In this document: positions 10,001-18,600 of the stretch, in pieces
How the letters are laid out: each line of letters starts with the position of its first letter
Position numbering within the stretch: position 1 is the first letter of the stretch
Source: a virus
Lineage: Duplodnaviria > Caudoviricetes
Virus record (IMG/VR): IMGVR_UViG_3300027707_000028
Coordinates: 1 to 48,710 of that record
DNA: 48,710 bases
Strand: one strand, 5' to 3'
Made by a program: the position numbers and the translations under genes
The notes under the pieces: model-generated
What the model was told of the DNA's origin: nothing
The model's database searches: none
What the model saw: the letters and a program-made list of their open reading frames with translations, nothing else

Positions 10001-12606
10001 ATGATGCAAATTCTATAACACAATATCTTGGCATGCGTATAATTCTTACCAGCGGAGCAGGTACAGGACAGTATGGCTATATCACTGCCTACGACAATAT
10101 ATCTAAAGTGGTAACAGTATACAGAGAATCAGATGATCAGCCAGGATGGGATCACGTGGTTCCGGGCAAATCCCTCACAGTACCTTTGCTGACCAATACT
10201 ACATACAGAATAGAACCCAGAGTGATATTTTCAGCTCCTACATATGCAGCACAAGAGATCGTTGTACCAACTAGTACTCTCTGGAAAGACATAATCTACG
10301 GTGATACCACCGAATCCTATACTGGCATAGCAGTTAACGAGCCCGGCACAGGTACAACTGTAGATGTTGCAGCAGCCTTGGCCACATTTGATGTGGTAAA
10401 GCAGGGCAGGGATTATACTCTAACTATCAACAACGGTGGTGCGGGATATCAAGCTGGGCAGCTACTAACCATTGATGGTAATCTCCTAGGCGGCGCAACT
10501 CCACTTAATGATTTAATTATTCTAGTCAATGATGTCAGCGACGACAGCACCAACTCGATATTAGCTGCACAACAAAAAACCTACGGCACAGGAGAAGACA
10601 ACGAAGCTGCCAGCGGAAGATTTGTAGCAGTTGCTTCAGGCGGATCAGCTGCACTTTACAGTGAAGACGGCATTGAATGGAATCAGTTTAATATGCCGAC
10701 CGCAGGCGATTGGAAGAGTCTAGCAGCGGGTAGAGTTCAGTACCCTACCGTGGGCAATCATCTGTTTGTAGCCATACGTCTAGACAGTGATGTTGCGGCT
10801 AGCTCAATCGACGGTATAACCTGGACAACCCGAGCCATGCCGGCATCACGACTATGGAATTCAGTTATATATGGCGGCGGGTTATTCATCGCAGTGGCCA
10901 CTGATTCAAATTCAGCAGCATATAGTTTGAATGGAACTAGTTGGTCGGCAGTGACTCTGCCATCAGGTGATTCCACTATCAACGAATGGACAGATATAGC
11001 CTACGGAAAGAATACGTATGTGGTGTTAGGCAACAATGGAAACACTGTGGCCAAGGGCACATACAATTCCACACTGAACACATGGTCGTGGAATGTATTC
11101 ATCATGGACGTGATCGCAGATTCCAGTGCCAAAGCATGGGTCAGCATTGCCTACGGTAACGACAGATTTGTTGCTATAACTAACACGGGCGATGTTGCTT
11201 ATAGTTTCGACGGCGCAGACTGGTTGCCAGCCACCATGCCATCACAAGACGGCAGCTCAGCCCATAACTGGAAGAAGATTCGCTATGCACAAGGAGTATT
11301 CTTTGCCATAGGTGACACAGGCGGACGTGATGTATTCGCAGATCCAGTAGAAGTGCCTACTAATTATGCAGCTCAGTCTGCAGATGGCGTGGTATGGACA
11401 TCAAGAACCCTGGCTTCGTCCGCAGAATGGGTCAGCGTGGCATTTGGTAATCCACATGTGGATGCCAGAGATTCCACAGCAGGCAAAAGCACACCAATGT
11501 GGATAGCTATTGACAACACAGATAAGTTCAATAAAATACAGACAGGTGCACGAGCATTGGGACGAGTCACACTAAGTTCTGGAATCATACGCTCAGTGAA
11601 ACTGTGGGATCCAGGCTCAGGATACACAGAAGGACCTTCATGTACGTTTATTGATCCCAACAATGGAACCAACGCAGTCATCGAATCTCGAACAGCTGAT
11701 GGTGTTATAGGCAGTACCAGTTGGATCAATCGCGGTCTAGGATACCGTACTGCCAGTACCACAGTCACAGTCACAGGCAACGGATTTGCAGATGTCATTC
11801 CTTTTGGCAAACTTATTGTGATAAATGATTTGACGACGTATCCAACCCTTGGTGCTAATTTAGTAATCACAGGGTTGACCGGATCATACACATTAGTGGC
11901 CCTTGAAGAGATAGGCCTCACTGATAGAGGGCTAGCTGCCAGAATACGTGTTACGCCAGAAATCAAAGTTCGCGATAATCTACAACATCTCACAGCAGTC
12001 ACAATTAGATCACAGTTTAGCCAATGCAGAATTACAGGACACGATTTTCTAGACATAGGCACAGGCAATTTTGAAGAAACCAATTATCCATTGCTGTATT
12101 CGGGATTCTATGAACCTGCTCCAGAAAACGAAGTAGTAGAGTTGGATCGAGGTAGGGTGTTTTATACTTCAACCGACCAAAGCGGCAACTTTAGAACTGG
12201 CGAGTTATTTGCTGTTGAGCAGAGCACCGGGGTGGTAACTATTAGTTCTGATTTCTTTGATCTAGCAGGCTTGACAGAATTGAGATTGGGCGGAATTAGA
12301 GTAGGTGGAACTGGTGCGGTGGTCCGAGAGTTTTCCACAGACCCGTTGTTCACAGCAGATTCCAACAACATAGTACCAACTCAACGTGCTATTGCAGCAT
12401 ACCTTGCTGGAAGACTCAGCGTTGGCGGATCGGAAATTGCAGTGGGCAGTTTTATTGCTGGTACTATCCTAGTAGGTCCTGATAGAATCAACAGCACTGC
12501 GGGGTTGCGTATTATAGTGCCGGTATTAGCAGAATTTAATGGTGCACTATCTGGAATAACTGGTATAATGCTAGCACAAACAATGTTTTACAGGTCTTTC
12601 GATTGA
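7003..12606 (+). CDS. Giant virion structural/fibre protein (1867 aa)
   Basis: N-terminal W..Y..GD.V.YGG..Y.C...HTS repeats (CBM5/12-like), pectin-lyase-like beta-helix (SPYIQGVTTIG, SNDFTQ), propeller-type FVAV...S.DG..W repeats; C-terminus shared with the 12645 paralog. Confidence 0.85.
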   Translation: MAEFRISRIRYTWRNSWSTTTVYNRDDVIRYGGSTWICQRQHTAATFSADQIYLANENDTAPTPAWLKMTDGYAWRAAWAITTLYNPGDLALYGGVIYLCVASHTSAATFDAGLANWAVYLSADNWRSAWAPATRYGIGDIARYNGVVYRCIVGHTSSTTALGLEIGNNDTQDDSTGELWQVYYEGIAYAGAWTAATRYRANDLVKYGGSVLRCTIGHVATSYITNANFVTEFSGQNFYNSWTITVYYAVGDIVRHGGYLYVAAANNYASISPVEDTANWTLLSKAVNFVGTWNSDVDYKIGDVVRRGGNLYVATADTTNDGSSLDYLDAGNWEVVTTSQSWRGSWTLDNIYSVNDIVVYFGNTYACNFEHTAADQNLPGDNGSGFFYWDLILQAGQLSGMSQRGDLLTFDLSRTLQGDGSSFGPTSVPIGESDQVVIVNDQNGVDYAHWGDLARVRYVSVNGVDDDTDPESGTSQFLPWRTIRYACEHADDGFAGNTTIKVAVGEYVEITPIIVPRNTVVLGAELRSTTIKPSPSIVSTTDRLYTIAVLNRLSGVIQAIVAGTAISPAKSAGNILDPVIVTESVSVPFNPVQYDALGNQIYDEVIQPRATSSVAAIAIQAKIANMISYINFYINSTGLPPTLVGTNTAVTTETYANTVLQLEANKEFLAAEAVAYMQATYPAYVFDIELYKTNVRRYIDAWKYDIIYTGNYKSLFEARYYRNSVLGCTDTEDMFYVRNATGIRNCTLKGLESTLSPPVAFELYQLPLGGAYVSLDPGWGTADTRTWIDTRSPYIQGVTTIGTGCVGQKINGALHGGGNRSIVSNDFTQVLSDGIGAWVLNNARAELVSVFSYYAHIGYLAQDGGVIRATNGNSSYGSYGAIADGIDATEVPQVARNYTRAQQAIVAAAFAGDFVDEIQILEWTNAGQDYSSATAEFTGAGVNASVVFEDFRDDAVFEARILDANAGTATIAQSIGGGGYILVQNNAQTGTATTITIATNDANSITQYLGMRIILTSGAGTGQYGYITAYDNISKVVTVYRESDDQPGWDHVVPGKSLTVPLLTNTTYRIEPRVIFSAPTYAAQEIVVPTSTLWKDIIYGDTTESYTGIAVNEPGTGTTVDVAAALATFDVVKQGRDYTLTINNGGAGYQAGQLLTIDGNLLGGATPLNDLIILVNDVSDDSTNSILAAQQKTYGTGEDNEAASGRFVAVASGGSAALYSEDGIEWNQFNMPTAGDWKSLAAGRVQYPTVGNHLFVAIRLDSDVAASSIDGITWTTRAMPASRLWNSVIYGGGLFIAVATDSNSAAYSLNGTSWSAVTLPSGDSTINEWTDIAYGKNTYVVLGNNGNTVAKGTYNSTLNTWSWNVFIMDVIADSSAKAWVSIAYGNDRFVAITNTGDVAYSFDGADWLPATMPSQDGSSAHNWKKIRYAQGVFFAIGDTGGRDVFADPVEVPTNYAAQSADGVVWTSRTLASSAEWVSVAFGNPHVDARDSTAGKSTPMWIAIDNTDKFNKIQTGARALGRVTLSSGIIRSVKLWDPGSGYTEGPSCTFIDPNNGTNAVIESRTADGVIGSTSWINRGLGYRTASTTVTVTGNGFADVIPFGKLIVINDLTTYPTLGANLVITGLTGSYTLVALEEIGLTDRGLAARIRVTPEIKVRDNLQHLTAVTIRSQFSQCRITGHDFLDIGTGNFEETNYPLLYSGFYEPAPENEVVELDRGRVFYTSTDQSGNFRTGELFAVEQSTGVVTISSDFFDLAGLTELRLGGIRVGGTGAVVREFSTDPLFTADSNNIVPTQRAIAAYLAGRLSVGGSEIAVGSFIAGTILVGPDRINSTAGLRIIVPVLAEFNGALSGITGIMLAQTMFYRSFD

Positions 12607-12620
12607 ACCACATAACAAAC

Positions 12621-12626
12621 TAAATA
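12621..12626 (+). promoter_or_regulatory. Late promoter core TAAATA
   Basis: Intergenic CTAAATATAG, then GGAG RBS and ATG 12645. Confidence 0.7.
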
Positions 12627-12644
12627 TAGAATACGGAGTAGAAA

Positions 12645-15600
12645 ATGGCAGAATTTAAATTAGGTAGAATTCGATTTGTATGGAAGAATACATGGACCGC
12701 GGCAACAACATATTATATTGATGATGTTGTTAGATACGGTGCTCGTACATATATTTGTGCGATAGGGCATACTTCTGGTGCAGATTTCAACACAGATTTA
12801 GAATACAGTCCAACCAAATGGAATCAGATGAGCGACGGCCAATCGTGGACCGGCGACTGGAATGTCAGCACTTTCTACAAACTCAACGACGTGGTCAAGT
12901 ACGGCGGCCTCTTATACATTTGCAACGACAGCCACACTTCTGCTGCTACCACAGCGTCGGGTCTAGAAGCAGACCAAGCCAAATGGACTGTGTATGCAGA
13001 AGGATTCGATTGGAAAACCAGTTGGACAGTGTCTACCCGTTACAAGGTAAATGATCTAGTCAAGTACGGTGGTTACACCTATGTGTGTAACCTTTACCAC
13101 ACTTCAGCTGCTACCGCAGCATCAGGACTAGAAGCAGATCAAGCCAAATGGGATACATTTAATCCTGGCGTAGAATACCAAGGCACATGGACCACTGCTG
13201 TTAGATACAAACTCAATGATGTAGTCAAATACGGCGCTGGCCTGTGGATCTGTGCTATTCAGCATACCGCAGATGCTGCATTCTTAACCGACAGCACAGC
13301 AGGTCGTTGGACTCAGTTCAATGAAGGCACTGAATTTGAAAACACCTGGAGCAATTCAACTCTGTATCAACCAGGCGACATCGTTGTTTACGGTGGTAAT
13401 CAATACATAGCTAAAACTGTGCATACTGCTGCATCTGCAGCAGCGACTCCTGTAATCACAACAACAGATTGGGACCTGTACACAGAAGGATTTAAATTTC
13501 AATCTGCATGGGCCAACACTACATCATACAAGATAGGCGAAGTGGTATCTATAGGCGGCTACACATATTTGGCAGCACAAGATGCTCCTTCAACTACCGT
13601 TACTGTCACAGAGGTAACCGCAGCCACTGATACATTTACCATAGCCTCAACCACAGGCATAGTAGTAGGCATGGCAGTGAGATTTACTGGCACAACATTT
13701 GGTAATGTGTTTACCACTGCCAGATACTATGTGAAAACTGTGGCAGCAGGTAACATCACAGTCAGCACCACTCCAGGCGGCACAACCTTCAATATCACTG
13801 CAGATGCCGCAGGCACAATGACTGCTACTGTATCGGCAGAACCACCAAACACCACATACTGGTCAAGACTCAATGCTGGTATCAGCTGGCAAGGTCTATG
13901 GTCAGATGACAGAGATTATCTGCTAGGTGACGCTGTGAGATTTGGCGCAAACGCCTATATCTGTTTGTTATCTCACAGATCAGAAGGCGACGACGGATCC
14001 ACAGTAGGTGCAGCAGGCGGCGGACAGGTTTACAGTAGACCTGATCAAGACAGCACCGGCACATACTGGAGTCTACTAAGTGTGGGTTCTGAAACTGATA
14101 TTCTTTCCGTAAGAGGCGATTTGGTCTACTATGGCGGTGCAGGTCCTACAAGACTGCCAATTGGCAGAGAAGGACAGGTCTTGGTTTCCACAGGTATTGA
14201 TCCAGAATGGGTCACCTTAGGCGAAACAGACCACACATATTTTGTAGCAACCACAGGTACAGATCTACCTTCACCCGTGCATGGAAGAACTTGGGACAAA
14301 CCATTCAAGACCATTCGCTATGCCTGTGAACAGGTAGAACGTGGTCCTAGAAATCCCGATGCACGATATCTGCTGGAATTGAATCGTGTGTTTGTCCAAC
14401 GCGAAGTCACAGAATTTATACAGAATCAAATCACCAACAACATTGCACCATTTATTGGATTTGTCTACGATGATTTTAAATGTGAGCGAGATGTAGGATT
14501 TACACTAGATGCAGTGATCTATGATTTATGCCATGGTGGTAATATTAAATCACGTGGAGTGGCCAATTCATTGATTGGCGGACTCAGCCCAGGTGAGACA
14601 GAAGCATATCCAGGGTTGACTACCGAAGGAACCAAATCCGTAGCTGCCTACAACTACATGCTCACAGTTGTCGGCAATGTTTTGGCACAGACAGCTCCAA
14701 CAATAAATTATCAGACACTGAACGGCGACAATTCCACTGCCACAGTGGCTCAATATTTCAACAGCGGCCTCACAGCAGAAGCTACTGCATTGACCACAGT
14801 AACAGCAAGTGTTACACTTATCACAAATGCTATCACTGCTAGAGTAGCAGCGGTTACAGCACCTCAGATAGCTGCTGCTATAGCCAGTGTACCAGCAAGA
14901 TACAGTCCTAGCAATCTTATAAGAATTGCCACAGGTCAATATCGTGAAACACTGCCTATTATTGTACCAGAACAGACCTGTGTGATCGGTGATGAACTAC
15001 GTTCGACCAACGCAGGACCTGCAGGCAGTCAGACTAATAGATCTGATGCAGGCTACAGCGTAGGTGCATTGACTAGATTGCAAACAGTGGTTGATCAGAT
15101 CGTACGAGGAACCAACGTCACAGAAAGCTCAGGTAATACCACAGTTCAAAGTGCAGTATTCCCATATGCCAGCACTGACGAAGCAGCTGATGCTGCACAG
15201 TTGGTCAGAGTCATGCAGCATCAAATTGATTTCAAGATCAGCTCTACGTTCATGGAGAGTTCTGCGAACCCCACAGGATATAATACTGCATTCTTAACAG
15301 GGTTTGGCGATGCAAGAACACTGCTGCGTGAAAACAAAGAATTTATCAAAGAAGAAATTACTGCGTATTTGACAGTGAATTTCCCCGCAGTGAAATATTC
15401 TAGAACCAAATGCAAACGTGATGTGGCATTTATTGTTGATGCCATGGGCTATGACTTGACCTATGGCGGAACTTGGGCCACGTTAGTAGCTGGCACAGCC
15501 TACTTTGACGGCGATAACAGTACAACATTACAGATTGACAGCACAGAAATTGCTGCCACTGTTGCTGCCTACGGCAGACTAAAAATCATTGTGCAGGAGA

Positions 15601-18600
15601 TTATCGCTAATACCTCAGTCACAAAGTCCACAGGCAACGCTGCCACTCAATGGACTGACAGTACTAATTTAACAGGCGGAGCCGCTGCCAATGTCACAGT
15701 GGGAGCATTGGTAGACATCATTACCAATATCATACAAGGTGATTCCACTGAGGCTACAACACCTCAGATCAATGTGACCACCATTGCAGGTACAAATACA
15801 TTCACATCTACTGCACACGGTTTGGCAGTAGGAGATGCGGTAATTCCAAGAATCACCGCCAACGGACTAGTCAACGGGGTCAAATATTGGGTGTCGGCAG
15901 TCGCTAGTGCCAACACATTTAGTTTGGCAGCTACCTACGGTGCTGGAACACTTACAACGTTTACCAACGGCAGCGGTCTTGCCATTGATCTTGAAACTAT
16001 TGATTACCCAACTGCAACTAACGCTGTTACATCAACCACTGCATTGATCACAGCAGCTAACACATTAGATGCTGCACAAGAAACCATTGTTCAAAATGTT
16101 GTAGATGACCTAAATGCAGTAGCATGGCACACTGACTTTGTGGTAGATGAAACATCATTGACTTCAACAAATTTTAGAATATACGTTGGAAAAACCAATC
16201 TAGTACATACATATGTCAGCGGTGGAACAGTAACTAAGTCTGATAGTTCAACCTTGGCAATTAGCAACTTTGTCTACAACGAATCTACAGGGTATGCGAT
16301 AGTAACCACTGCAACACACGGTCTAGCAGCAGGTGATATTGTTAACATAACAAGTATCACTGTATCTTGCTTATCGTCGGGCGGTACTGCCTTTAATGCA
16401 ATATTCCCGAGTGCCTACAAAACTGATGGGGTTACAGCTAAGATTCTATATCTCCAAACCAAGTGTATTAGAGATACTCGATTGATATTAGAAGCTGTGA
16501 TGTTTGACTTCATGTTTAACAGCAACTTTAAAACTAGAGAAGCAGCATACTCATACCTAAGAGCATCAGCATCAGAAGTATTTGTCGGTAACCAAAAAAC
16601 TATCACTAGAGATGCATTAACTAATGCCAAGACAGAAGCCATAGCCAATGTAGGCGGCAATGCTACTGCACAGGCTCGTATTGAAACACTAATGACCTTG
16701 GTAGATGATATCCTCTACGGCGCTACCAATGAAGGCAGTCGTTGCGCCACAGGTAATAGAATGGTTGATTATGCTGTGCTGCAATTAGAGCGCAACAGAG
16801 ATTATATAGTTGCGGAAATTGATGCTTACATCGATTCCACATATACTACCACAGTTACCGTTGCCACAGCAGCCACTGACTTGTTCACCTGCTCATCTAC
16901 TTCTTGGATGACAAGAAACGCAGCTATAAGATTCACAGGTACTATTGGCGGAGTGAGTACAACTACCACTTACTATGTACAGAATGTGGTGAGTGCAACT
17001 ACTTTTAAGATTGCCACCACAAGAGATTCAAACACAGCGTTTGATATTGCCACCGACGGCAGTGGTTCGATGACCGTGGCTTTGTATTACAGCAGCACAG
17101 CCTGCCTCAGAGATGTCAACACCTATATCGATGCACTCAAGTACGATTTGAAATATCCAGGTAATTACAAATCTAGATATGCAGCTAGATATTATGCCAA
17201 CAGTGTCACAGGTAGCCTAGAAGAGGACATGTACTATCTACGTGATAGCACCGGAGTTAGAGATCAAACTCTACAGGGACTAACTGGTGATTTGTTGGCA
17301 CCTAATGAATTTGGCACATCAAGAGTGAGTGCAGGAGCATACGCAAGTCTTGATCCAGGTTGGGGCCCAGAAGATTATCGCACATGGATCATCACACGTT
17401 CACCATATGTACAGGGTGTGACCACATTGGGCACAGCTTGCATTGGTCAAAAAATTGATGGTGCATTACATAATGGTGGCAACGATTCCATAGTTAGCAA
17501 TGACTTCACCCAGGTGCTCAGCGACGGTATCGGCGCATGGATTACCAATAATGGTCGTGCAGAACTTGTTTCTGTGTTTGCTTACTACAATCACATAGCA
17601 TATCTAGCAGAAAACGGCGGCAGAATCAGAGCTACCAACGGCAACAATTCCTATGGTGATTTTGGTTCTGTGGCAGAAGGATTTGACGCAACGGAAACAC
17701 CAGACACCGGCATAGTAGACAACAGACTACAGTTTGAAGCAGTAATTGATCGTGTTATCACTGATGGATCTGCACTGCTACAAATAGAATTCCAAAATGC
17801 AGGTATAGACTACACAGAAGTTAATTATACGCTCACAGGTGGTGGCAGCGGACAAGTTGTTGAAACTGACGAGTTCCGTGACGATGCTGTATTTGAAATT
17901 CGCATGTTGGATCTTATAGATGACAGTACCAATGCTCCAGAGGCCGACGGCAATCTCGGAGGCTTTGGTTATATCACCAACTCCAACACTGCACAGGGTG
18001 GTACATCAACGTCTGTTACCATTGCTGCCACAGACGGAGAATCCAGCACTGCTTACATAGGTATGAAAATTGTGATCACAGGTGGTGCAGGCGTTGGCCA
18101 GTTTGGTATCATCAACACATATAATTCAGGTACTAAAGTGGCCGGATTGATCAAAGAATCAGACGGCACAGCAGGATTTGATCATTTAATAGCAGGCACA
18201 ACAATTGCATCACCCGATGCGTCTACCACATATATCATTGAACCAAGAGTCACATTTACTGCACCTGGCTATACTTCTACAGCGGCCACACTGCCAACTT
18301 CAGGAGACTGGACCGCAGTGAAATACGGTGAAACCGCCGCAGTGTATACCACACTAACAGGTACTTACACAGGTTCCGGCTTAGGTGCTACTTTCACAGT
18401 GATACGCAATGGATGGAAATACACACCATCTGTGCAGGCTGCAGGCACAGGTTATACTAGATTGCAAACCATAACAATTTTAGGTACCAGCCTAGGCGGC
18501 ACCACAACTACTAATGATCTAGTGATCACAATCACAGCAGTGAATTCAACCACAGGCGCTATCATAGACTTTGATCATTCAGGCTACGGCATAGGTGGTA

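Noticed and set aside
14358-17200. Calling the phage a cyanophage because of the phycobiliprotein-like motifs
   Set aside because: No photosynthesis or bilin-synthesis genes are in the window and the motifs sit inside virion proteins; the host cannot be determined from this sequence.
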